Shown here piece after piece: positions 6,763-14,212 of a stretch of DNA of 32,000 nt. The position numbers and the translations under genes were made by a program. The notes beneath the pieces are model-generated. The model searched no databases, had not been told where the DNA came from, and was given only the letters and a program-made list of their open reading frames with translations. The stretch's first letter is position 1; each line of letters begins with the position of its first letter. The stretch covers positions 720,001 to 752,000 of the forward strand of contig OZ246396.1 of NCBI GenBank assembly GCA_965230905.1, read 5' to 3'. The stretch is from Candidatus Saccharimonadota bacterium. GTDB taxonomy: Bacteria > Patescibacteriota > Gracilibacteria > UBA1369 > 2-02-FULL-48-14.

Positions 6763-7653
6763 TTACTTCAGAACTTCGAGTCGGACTTTAATAATTCCGG
6801 TAGAAAGCGTGCCGATTTGTTCAAAAGCGGCGGGGGTGAGGTCGATGATGTAGCCTTCGGTGTAGGGGCCACGGTCCACAATTTCTACGTCCACATACAC
6901 GTTGCTGTTTAGGTTGGTGATGCGCACAATGGTGCCAAATGGCAGTGTCTTGTGGGCGGCTTGGAATCCGTAGGCTTCCAGACTTTTGCCGGAGGCGGTG
7001 TTGTGGCCGTCGTAGCTGTAGCCATAATAGGAGGCGATGCCGTATTCCACGGTGCCTACGTAGGGTTCTTTTTTGAATCGGTAGATTAGGTCTGCGAGTT
7101 CACCACGGGAGAGGGCGGCGCTGGGTAGGTAGTTGCCGGACGCGTCGGGAACGATGAGGGCGTGTTCGCTGCCGTAGGCCAGGTAAGCGGTGAACCATTC
7201 GTCGCTGGCAACGGCGGGGAGTTCACTTTGTTTGCCAGAGGCTAGGATGAGCATTTTAAGAGCTTCGGCGCGGTTCACGGTGTCGAGCGGTTTGAAGTTT
7301 CCATCGTCATGGCCGCGTACGATGCCCTTGTCCACGGCGGTATTGATGTACTCCATGTACCAGGCCTCTGCTTCCACATCTGGGAAGACGGCACTTTCTT
7401 CCCATGCCAGGGAGGTTTCGGTGGCTTCCAGAAGCATTTTAAGGGCTTCCACACGGCTCACTGGATTCTCTGGCTGGAAGGTATTGTCCTCATAACCTGA
7501 AACGAAGCCCGCCTGCGTCATATAATAAATGCCGTCGTGGTATGCGTCGTGGTCGGGTACGTCGGAATACCAACTGCTCAAAGCTCCGGAAGTGACGCCG
7601 GGTGCCAATACAATCGAGAGGGCAATGGTGCTCAGAAGAGCTAGGGATTTCAT
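6763..7653 (-). CDS. Secreted SLH-domain protein with C-terminal RlpA-like double-psi beta-barrel domain
   Basis: Signal peptide. Three SLH-like repeats (for example FPDVEAEAWYMEYINTAVDKGIVRGHDDGNFKPLDTVNRAEALKML). C-terminal GIASYYGYSYDGHNTASG...IVRITNL...VDVEIVDRGPY is typical of the RlpA/DPBB_1 domain. Confidence 0.85.
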   Translation of the reverse strand: MKSLALLSTIALSIVLAPGVTSGALSSWYSDVPDHDAYHDGIYYMTQAGFVSGYEDNTFQPENPVSRVEALKMLLEATETSLAWEESAVFPDVEAEAWYMEYINTAVDKGIVRGHDDGNFKPLDTVNRAEALKMLILASGKQSELPAVASDEWFTAYLAYGSEHALIVPDASGNYLPSAALSRGELADLIYRFKKEPYVGTVEYGIASYYGYSYDGHNTASGKSLEAYGFQAAHKTLPFGTIVRITNLNSNVYVDVEIVDRGPYTEGYIIDLTPAAFEQIGTLSTGIIKVRLEVLK

Positions 7654-7667
7654 TTTGGGACTTAGAA

Positions 7668-8129
7668 CTAGTTCGCTGCTTTGTACTTAATCACTACCTG
7701 ACGGTAGTTTCCTTCACCGATGCTTTCGGTAACTAGATTTTCGTAGCCTTTGGTTTTGATCATCATGTGCACGAGACGGCGGAAGTAAGGAGACATAGGG
7801 GGGAGGGCCGCCTGAATTTTGGAGGCTTCCACTTCCTTCATCTTCTGTTCAGCAATGGTGAGCACATTTTCTTCTTGTCGTTTGCGGTAGTTGTCTACGT
7901 CGAAGGCCACAGTTACTTCTTCGCCCAGCATTTTGTGGAAAATCACGGTGAGGATTTTCTGCATAGCCAAGAGGTTTTCACCATGGTGACCAATGAGAAG
8001 GCTGGGTTCTTCGGAAACGGAATTAATACGGTAGTTCTTGGGTTCGGTCTCTTCAACCTCGATATCGGTGAAATCGATGCCAAGTTTTACAAGAAATTCA
8101 GATACCAGCTTTTTAATTTGCTTTTCCAT
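7668..8129 (-). CDS. jag: Jag/KhpB-like RNA-binding protein (KH plus R3H domains)
   Basis: 153 aa. R3H-like LPPMSPYFRRLVHMMI motif. Conserved position immediately downstream of yidC. Confidence 0.85.
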   Translation of the reverse strand: MEKQIKKLVSEFLVKLGIDFTDIEVEETEPKNYRINSVSEEPSLLIGHHGENLLAMQKILTVIFHKMLGEEVTVAFDVDNYRKRQEENVLTIAEQKMKEVEASKIQAALPPMSPYFRRLVHMMIKTKGYENLVTESIGEGNYRQVVIKYKAAN

Positions 8130-8138
8130 GTTGATGGT

Positions 8139-9404
8139 TTAATGCTTTTTATTGATTACTCTAATTTGTACGTCGTCCTCAGGAGATTTCGATTTGGAGC
8201 CCTCTTTATTTACCACAAGTTGTTGGAGTATGCCATAGAAAGTTGAAGTTCCCCAGTACAAACCTACGGCGGCGGGGAGTTGCGCGGTGAACACTGCGAT
8301 CATAACGGGCATGATGTATTTCATCATCTTGTTTGCCATTTCCATCTCATTTTGCATGGGTTTTGGAGCGCTTCCTTCTTTTTGAGCGGCCTTTTTCTTT
8401 TTCTGTTTAGTCATCATGAGCTGCATTTGGATGAATTGCAGGCCTCCCACAATAAGAGGGAGCACGATCATGCTGCGGGTGAGCAGATCAAATCCTAAGA
8501 AAATTGGGTCGATTTCATGGAGCGAAAAGGCTGGCATGAAGTCATAAATCAGGGCGCTACGATCTGGGGAAAGTCCTCCGTTCACCACGCTATACAGCGC
8601 GATCAAAATGGGCAGTTGGAGCAAAATAGGGAGACAGCTGGAGAGCGGATTCACTTTGCTGGTCTTCCAGAGCAGCATGGTCTCCTGCGCGAGGCGAGCT
8701 TGGTCGTCTTTGTACTTTTGCTTCAGTTCCTCGATTTTTGGCTGCATTTCTTGCATGCGGAGCTGAGCTTTCATCGCTTTTTGAGAAGGCACGAGCAGAA
8801 TGGTTCGAATGATGATGGTGAGCAGAATCACGGAGAGGCCGAGCTTGTGGCCGGGCATATAAACTAAAATTCCAATCAGTACGTTGAGAATGGGCTGGTA
8901 GATTATGCCGCGCCAGAGTTTGGTGAAGACGCCTGGTTCGTGGATCTCGAATTCAGGAGTGCTGTAGGCCACTTCAGCGAGATTCAGTTGGAGTTTGTAG
9001 CGGCCAATTTCTCCAAAATCGGAATAACTGTAGTTGAGCAGGCTGAAAGTTTCTTTTTGACCCGGTTGAATGGTCGTGACGACGCTGTCGGTGCATTCGG
9101 GCAGGTTGGCTGTGTTGCTCACTTCGGTGAATCCTTCATTTTCATACTTTAAAACGGTGAAAGGAGGGAGGAGCAGCTTTCTTCCATCCATCTCATTACA
9201 TTCAGAAAGCACTTCAATAGCTCCGGCTTGGTTGTTTTGAACGTCTACACGGATGTCTTTGCCAATGGCGTATTCGTTTTCGACGGTTTTAAGTCCCACG
9301 TCACCGCTGCTGAGCACCGGGTCGGGGCTTTTGTTGAACAGTTGCAAAACTACAAACGTTGCCAAGAAGACAAAGAGGTAGGGGAAGATGTTGAATTTTT
9401 TCAT
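8139..9404 (-). CDS. yidC: Membrane protein insertase YidC
   Basis: YidC/Oxa1 core LSVILLTIIIRTILLVPSQKAMKAQLRMQEMQPKIEELKQKYKDDQ...NPLSSCLPILLQLPILIALY. ATGA overlap with the rnpA stop (9401-9404). Confidence 0.95.
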   Translation of the reverse strand: MKKFNIFPYLFVFLATFVVLQLFNKSPDPVLSSGDVGLKTVENEYAIGKDIRVDVQNNQAGAIEVLSECNEMDGRKLLLPPFTVLKYENEGFTEVSNTANLPECTDSVVTTIQPGQKETFSLLNYSYSDFGEIGRYKLQLNLAEVAYSTPEFEIHEPGVFTKLWRGIIYQPILNVLIGILVYMPGHKLGLSVILLTIIIRTILLVPSQKAMKAQLRMQEMQPKIEELKQKYKDDQARLAQETMLLWKTSKVNPLSSCLPILLQLPILIALYSVVNGGLSPDRSALIYDFMPAFSLHEIDPIFLGFDLLTRSMIVLPLIVGGLQFIQMQLMMTKQKKKKAAQKEGSAPKPMQNEMEMANKMMKYIMPVMIAVFTAQLPAAVGLYWGTSTFYGILQQLVVNKEGSKSKSPEDDVQIRVINKKH

Positions 9405-9745
9405 TTGAGCGTGGTAAGTAGGGCTTTGAGAGCCTTTTGCAGCTCATCAAAGGAGGCGGTGACCGCCGGCTTGCGTGCGATGAGCACTATATCAAAGCTC
9501 GGCTGACTTGGCACGAGACTTTCTTTTTCCATCATGCGGATGATTTCATAAACCTGGCGGCGCTTTTTATTGCGCTTCACCGCAGACTTTTCTAGTTTTT
9601 TGCTGACCACCACGGCGTACCGTGTGCTGGGCAGGGGGCTTTCTTGCTTTATCAGGATAAACAAAGAAGAAGGGGTGGACTTACCTTCCTTTAAGAGTGC
9701 CTGAATGATAGGCCTACCGTGAATTCGTTTACTTCGTTTCAGCAC
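9401..9745 (-). CDS. rnpA: Ribonuclease P protein component
   Basis: 114-aa basic protein between rpmH and yidC. GTG start at 9745. Synteny rpmH-rnpA-yidC-jag. Confidence 0.85.
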   Translation of the reverse strand: MLKRSKRIHGRPIIQALLKEGKSTPSSLFILIKQESPLPSTRYAVVVSKKLEKSAVKRNKKRRQVYEIIRMMEKESLVPSQPSFDIVLIARKPAVTASFDELQKALKALLTTLK

Positions 9746-9881
9746 GACGTACGGATACCGTCAATTTGTGTCGGCCCTTTGCGCGTCGTCGGTTCAAAAC
9801 AGCCTGACCACTTTTAGTGGACATGCGCTTAAGGAAGCCATGGGTTCGAGCTCGTTTACGTCGTTTTAGTTTTCCTAGCAT
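9729..9881 (-). CDS. rpmH: 50S ribosomal protein L34
   Basis: Not in the ORF track because it is under 60 aa. Hand translation from ATG 9881 gives [50 protein letters not shown], stop TAA at 9729-9731. Contains the L34 signature THGF..RM.T..G..VL..RR.KGR..LTV. Overlaps the rnpA start by 17 bp. Confidence 0.93.
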   Translation of the reverse strand: MLGKLKRRKRARTHGFLKRMSTKSGQAVLNRRRAKGRHKLTVSVRRAETK

Positions 9882-9926
9882 AATAGTAATTTAGCTGGGT
9901 GATTGTAGGGAAGGGGGAAAGGAAAG

Positions 9927-10214
9927 TCAATTAGATTTATTTCCTCCAGTTATTTGTATAGCGCCACGACCTAAAGTTTGGATCGCATCTGTTACTGCTC
10001 CACATAGGCCTAAATAGATGGCAAACTGAGGGTCTCCATTTCCAACGGTTTGGTCAAGTACGGTCCCGGCAAGTGCTCCAAATAGGGCACCCCTGATGGC
10101 ATTTCTATAAGTAGTCATTATCAGCACTTCTCCACGTTCATTAGGTGCATTACGTATACGATCCATATCTTTTAATGGATTGAGTATATCGAGTAAGGGT
10201 GTTTTTTCTGCCAT
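9927..10214 (-). CDS. Small glycine-zipper-type protein (95 aa), unknown function
   Basis: ATG ORF in the AT-rich islet. Small-residue-rich stretches IRGALFGALAGTVLD and LGLCGAVTDAIQTLGRGAIQITGG suggest membrane-inserting helices. Confidence 0.55.
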   Translation of the reverse strand: MAEKTPLLDILNPLKDMDRIRNAPNERGEVLIMTTYRNAIRGALFGALAGTVLDQTVGNGDPQFAIYLGLCGAVTDAIQTLGRGAIQITGGNKSN

Positions 10215-10251
10215 AAATTTTATTAAGTTGAGAATAGTTTAGCATAGACAG

Positions 10252-10949
10252 CTAAGCAAGTTTGTCGGAGGTGAATTGGATGTCTACTAAACCGCTACGG
10301 TGTCCTTTGGTTTGTGTCACTAAATCTCTTAATAATAGGTAGAGTTTCATACGTGTTGAGCGTGGGTCTACTGAGACATCGTGAAGATTTTGAATACGGG
10401 TTCCTTCAACTGAACTGTCTATCTTAAACCCCGTTTTCTTAGGATCTCCCAATGCGCTACCTTCGATTCGTATCGTTGGAATGCCAGGAATCGTGCAAGT
10501 GGTCCATTCTACGGGTACGTCCAGTGGATGCACCGTATCTACGCCTATGAAACTGTCGTAGAGTTGAAAACTTGTTAAACTCACTACTTCACGCGTCACG
10601 GTTACTTCTGAAATTAGTCTAATCAACTCTGCTTCTGCCACTTCAAAATCAAAATGAATGCTTGGAATGACCAAGAGAACACCGTTATCTTCTGGACCTA
10701 TCTCTAGTGGCGTGAGACTGGATGGCTGCTGGGTTATTTTAAGGCTGGCTGCTGGGTTATTTTAAGGCTGGCTGCTTCAATTATCCTTGCTGCCTTAAGT
10801 ACTCTTTGGCGAAAGCCTTCCAGGTTAAGAACCAAGATCTTTGGAGAAAACTCCATGGGGACACCTGCTTCGCGATAATCCTTTATTTGTGTCGCTAGCC
10901 TTCGTTCTGCCTCCTGCAATTGAATTCCTGTCACTGCCATAGTGGCCAT
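10252..10949 (-). pseudogene. Single ~224-aa gene disrupted by a 23-bp tandem duplication (track ORFs 10734..10949 and 10252..10674)
   Basis: The downstream ORF frame stays open 29 codons upstream of its TTG. Removing one 23-bp unit joins ...SLKITQQP to SSLTPLEIGPEDNGVLLVIPSIHFDF... with no stop. 698-23=675 nt, which is 225 codons. Confidence 0.65.
10723..10776. repeat. Tandem repeat: 8-bp partial unit plus two complete 23-bp units
   Basis: gggttattttaaggctggctgct at 10731-10753 and 10754-10776 are identical, preceded by the partial tggctgct at 10723-10730. The unit length is not a multiple of 3. Confidence 0.95.
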
Positions 10950-11069
10950 TCTAATATATTAGTAAATTTTGTCAAATACTAGGGCTTGAAAGGGGGAAGT
11001 TTCGCCGAAAGGTGAATATATACTCACCTATGGATTTGTCACTAGAAAGTGTGAAGTTTGATCTGTTAA

Positions 11070-11897
11070 ATGGGCGAATTTTTGCTAGAATTTAGATTCC
11101 TTAATCCACCCACTATGACCGATCAAGAACTGTATGAAAAGGCCCGCCTTTATGGACAAAATGCCCTTGTGTGGAGACAGCGGTTCATGGGGCTGCTGCC
11201 GGAAGTGGAAAAACGCCGATTGTATGCGACCAAAGGTTTTGGCTCCGTGTTTGAATTTGCTTTTAAACTGGCCGGTCTGAGTGAAGAACAGGTACGAACT
11301 GCCCTGAACTTGGAGAAACGTTTTTCAGGGTTGCCTATTTTGAAGGGACTTTTGGAAGAGGGGGCAGTGAGTATTCATAAACTGGTTCGCATTCAATCCG
11401 TCGCCACTGTAGATAACGAAGCCTTTTGGGCTCAGCAGGTTCAGCTACTTCCAAAGAAAGCTTTAGAAACTTTGGTCCGCGATGAACGATCTTTGCCCGG
11501 GCAAATGCTTCCGCTACAAATTTCCCAGGACGTCAAATGCAGGCTGGAAAAACTGCAGGAGAAAGGAATAGATGTCAGCGAACTTCTCACAGAACTTTTG
11601 GATCGTCATGAACAAGAAATCGCCGAAGAAAAAGCAGCCATCGCGGCAGAACTACCAGGATCGCAATCACGTCATGTTCCTGCTCGCACTCAGCGCGTCC
11701 TTAATAAAGAGCACGGCAGTAAATGCTCCATACAAACCTGCAAAAAGCCGGCGGAGCAGCTTCACCATACGCAAACTTTTGCGCTCAGTCGGCGGCATGA
11801 TCCGCACTTTCTTGCCCCGCTTTGCAAAGACCATCACACCATTGCGCATGCCATCAATGTGAAGGTGCAGCAAAAACGGCATGAATGGCTATTGTGA
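11070..11897 (+). CDS. HNH endonuclease (DUF222-like N-terminal region)
   Basis: C-terminal HNH nuclease motif: C..C...QLHHTQTFALSRRHDPHFLAPLCKDHHTIAH. The N-terminal helical region resembles DUF222/13E12-type proteins common in small-genome bacteria. Alternative start ATG at 11115. Confidence 0.8.
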   Translation: MGEFLLEFRFLNPPTMTDQELYEKARLYGQNALVWRQRFMGLLPEVEKRRLYATKGFGSVFEFAFKLAGLSEEQVRTALNLEKRFSGLPILKGLLEEGAVSIHKLVRIQSVATVDNEAFWAQQVQLLPKKALETLVRDERSLPGQMLPLQISQDVKCRLEKLQEKGIDVSELLTELLDRHEQEIAEEKAAIAAELPGSQSRHVPARTQRVLNKEHGSKCSIQTCKKPAEQLHHTQTFALSRRHDPHFLAPLCKDHHTIAHAINVKVQQKRHEWLL

Positions 11898-11988
11898 GCG
11901 CTGTACAAGTGCGATAGAATACCCCGCTAAGGAGCCAAGCTTGCCAACCAGATTATTGCTCCTGTAAAGTAATCTCAAATCGATTCAT

Positions 11989-13962
11989 ATGTTTCTACAG
12001 CTCCAACAAGAATCACTCGTTCTCGGACGCCGACCTGTCGGTTTTACTGAGCATTACTATACGGAATGGGATGACGGCCTTGGAAAAGACAAGATTGCAC
12101 TGTTCCTTTTGATATCTATAAACAGCACTCAGGTTCCGGGGGCAGAAGTGGCTAAAGAGGCTTTTCAACTGCTTCAGGATCACTTTTTGGATGATCTTGC
12201 GGGTGATCCGTATGACCGCTTTGAAAGCGCGCTGCGTGAAATCAATGGAATGGTCAGTGAAAAGGAGAAGGAGCTCGGGCTTAAATTCATTCCAAATGTG
12301 AACGTGATTATTGGAGTGATTCAAAAGGACATGGTTTTCCTCTCACAACGTGGGGAAGCAGCGGGTTATTTGATCCGCAAACGTCATGTGAGCTCTATTA
12401 CCGAAGGACTTTACGATGAAAAAAATAAAGATGAGCTGTTCCAAAACATTGCCAGCGGAGGACTCGAAGTGGGCGATTGCACACTGTTTGTTACGGGTGC
12501 ACTCATTCAATATGTGACGCCCAACGACCTTTCTAAGATTTTCTCTGAACAGCCGCTGAGCGAGGCGATGAAGGAACTCGATGATCTGCTGCAGACCGAT
12601 ATGGAGGACCAAATGACGCTACTTTCTTTTGAGGTTTTGGAAAAAACGGAAGAAATGGCGGTTCCGATGGCGGCTCGTGAGGAGCGCGAAATGGTGGTGG
12701 ATGGCGATGAAGAAGAGGATCGAAGGCCTGTGCATGCGAGCTTGCATGAAGAGGAAGAACGTCCAAAATCTAAGCGTGTGAATAAAGGGCTCGAAGTGCT
12801 GCGTAAATTTGCACAGCGTAAAGAAAACTGGGCCTTTTTGGATGGTGTGCGCAGATGGGATAAGAAAAAACTGCTGATTGCTTTAGGAAGTGTTGGACTT
12901 CTGCTGGTGGTGGGAATTTTCCTGATGACCGGCGTGATTGGAAAGCAAAAGACCATGCAAGCAATGCAGGACAAACTCGCTTTGGCGGAAGAAAATGTGA
13001 CTCAGGCGCAAACGCAGGGAGCCTTTGATAAGGCTAAAGCAAGTGAACTCTTGGATCAGGCCGAGGCCTTGGCCGTGGAGGTGCTGGACAGTGGATATTC
13101 AGGAGGAGAGGCTAGCCAGTTGCTGGATGAAATCAATACGGAACGAAACGCCCTCGACAATGTGCAGTACGTGGATGAAGAAGTCCGTTTGGTGGCTGAT
13201 TTGAGCTCTCAACTCGGTGGCGTGCCACTGATAGGAGTGGAGCAGTATGGAGACCGCATCGTGGCGTACACCGCTCAAAACGCGTACCAAATTTTGCTCG
13301 ACCAAGTGGAAGCACCTGACACTCTCGATGCCGCAGATAAGGTTACGGCTGGAGAATTCTTTGATGATTTCGACAGCATTGTGATGGTTACGGCCGGCGG
13401 AAACTTGATTGAATATACCGAAGGAAATGCACAATTTGCCGACACGGCCGATGTGGATTGGCGCACCGGAGTGGGTGTGGCGACTTATTCCAATAAGGTT
13501 TACATCTTGGATCCTGCGTCCAACCAAATCTGGCGTTACCAACGCGGCACGGACGGATACGGCAGCGGACAAAGCTACTTCTCCAGTGAGCTGGATCTCA
13601 GCAAAGCCGTTTCACTCGCGGTGGACGGAAGCGTGTGGGTTCTGAGCAGCGACGGAAGCTTGGTGAAATACCTCAGTGGAAGTTTGGTGGAATACGGCAT
13701 TAAAAAAGCACCGCTCAATTCTATGGAAGGAGCGACCAAGGTTTACACCGAACTGGAGATCAACCAAGTTTACGTTTTGGACCCAGGTGACGATAGACTC
13801 TTCATCTTTGATAAGAGCAGCAAGAACGACGACCTTACTTACAATGCGCAGTACGTATTCGAAGATTTAAAAGGAACCCTGGTGGATTTTTACCTGGATA
13901 AAGACCGCAACGTGATTGTGCTGGTGACGACGCAGGCACTTTATGAATTGAGCTTCAATTAA
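11989..13962 (+). CDS. Bitopic membrane protein: PP2C-like (probably inactive) N-domain, TM helix, coiled coil, C-terminal beta-propeller-like repeats
   Basis: 657 aa. N-domain blocks VFLSQRGEAAGYLIRKRHVSSIT and LEVGDCTLFVTGALIQYV resemble the PPM/PP2C blocks GDSRxY and DxxLLCSDGL but lack the metal-binding Asp residues. TM helix LLIALGSVGLLLVVGIFLMTGVIG. C-terminal repeats VYILDPASNQIWRY, GSVWVLSSDGSLVKY, VYVLDPGDDRLFIFD. Confidence 0.8.
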   Translation: MFLQLQQESLVLGRRPVGFTEHYYTEWDDGLGKDKIALFLLISINSTQVPGAEVAKEAFQLLQDHFLDDLAGDPYDRFESALREINGMVSEKEKELGLKFIPNVNVIIGVIQKDMVFLSQRGEAAGYLIRKRHVSSITEGLYDEKNKDELFQNIASGGLEVGDCTLFVTGALIQYVTPNDLSKIFSEQPLSEAMKELDDLLQTDMEDQMTLLSFEVLEKTEEMAVPMAAREEREMVVDGDEEEDRRPVHASLHEEEERPKSKRVNKGLEVLRKFAQRKENWAFLDGVRRWDKKKLLIALGSVGLLLVVGIFLMTGVIGKQKTMQAMQDKLALAEENVTQAQTQGAFDKAKASELLDQAEALAVEVLDSGYSGGEASQLLDEINTERNALDNVQYVDEEVRLVADLSSQLGGVPLIGVEQYGDRIVAYTAQNAYQILLDQVEAPDTLDAADKVTAGEFFDDFDSIVMVTAGGNLIEYTEGNAQFADTADVDWRTGVGVATYSNKVYILDPASNQIWRYQRGTDGYGSGQSYFSSELDLSKAVSLAVDGSVWVLSSDGSLVKYLSGSLVEYGIKKAPLNSMEGATKVYTELEINQVYVLDPGDDRLFIFDKSSKNDDLTYNAQYVFEDLKGTLVDFYLDKDRNVIVLVTTQALYELSFN

Positions 13963-13991
13963 GAGAATTCATCGTCCCTTCCCCTGTTTCA

Positions 13992-14090
13992 TTCTATGGG
14001 TGGATTTCTTCAACAGGAGCGAAAGAACTCGGATCATGATCCTCGTACTTTCTTCCTTAAACTTTACGTTTCATAAATCCACCCATAGAA
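13992..14090. repeat. Intergenic hairpin element, copy 2
   Basis: 16-bp perfect arms ttctatgggtggattt (13992-14007) and aaatccacccatagaa (14075-14090) around the core ggagcgaaagaactcggatcatgatcctcgtactttcttcct. The arm sequence differs from copy 1 but stays complementary. Confidence 0.75.
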
Positions 14091-14111
14091 CCACGGAAAG
14101 GGAACATGAAC

Positions 14112-14200
14112 TCCTAAACAGAAGGAAACTGCTTGGAGAGATTCAGCATAAAGGCTCCCGCTGAATCGGACCAAGACAGTTTACGAACGTCTGTTTAGGA
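14112..14200. other. Nested hairpin adjacent to the repeat element
   Basis: Outer stem tcctaaacaga (14112-14122) with tctgtttagga (14190-14200). Inner perfect 8-bp stem gattcagc (14140-14147) with gctgaatc (14160-14167). No T-run on either strand. Confidence 0.5.
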
Positions 14201-14212
14201 ATGATAGATTCC

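Noticed and set aside
6646-6912. Small peptide encoded inside the hairpin elements (MWDFSRWERKHSDHDPRPFFL... and, at 13996, MGGFLQQERKNSDHDPRTFFLKLYVS)
   Set aside because: Both copies have an ATG in the same frame. However, both core differences are nonsynonymous first-position changes (H/N, P/T), and the stops are not conserved: 26 aa in one copy against an 88-aa run-on antisense to a real gene in the other. The mirrored arm changes fit structure better than coding.
10723-10776. Tandem repeats as a type III toxin-antitoxin RNA antitoxin (ToxI-like) upstream of ORF 10252..10674
   Set aside because: There are only 2.3 units of 23 nt, shorter and fewer than known ToxI/CptI arrays. No terminator lies between the repeats and the ORF. 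The repeats lie within coding sequence whose frame is exactly restored by removing one unit. The ORF shows no ToxN-like motifs.
12507-12974. 155-aa Ser-rich ORF on the minus strand
   Set aside because: Antisense to the acidic linker of the 657-aa gene. The Ser/Arg-rich sequence is the complement of Glu/Asp codons.
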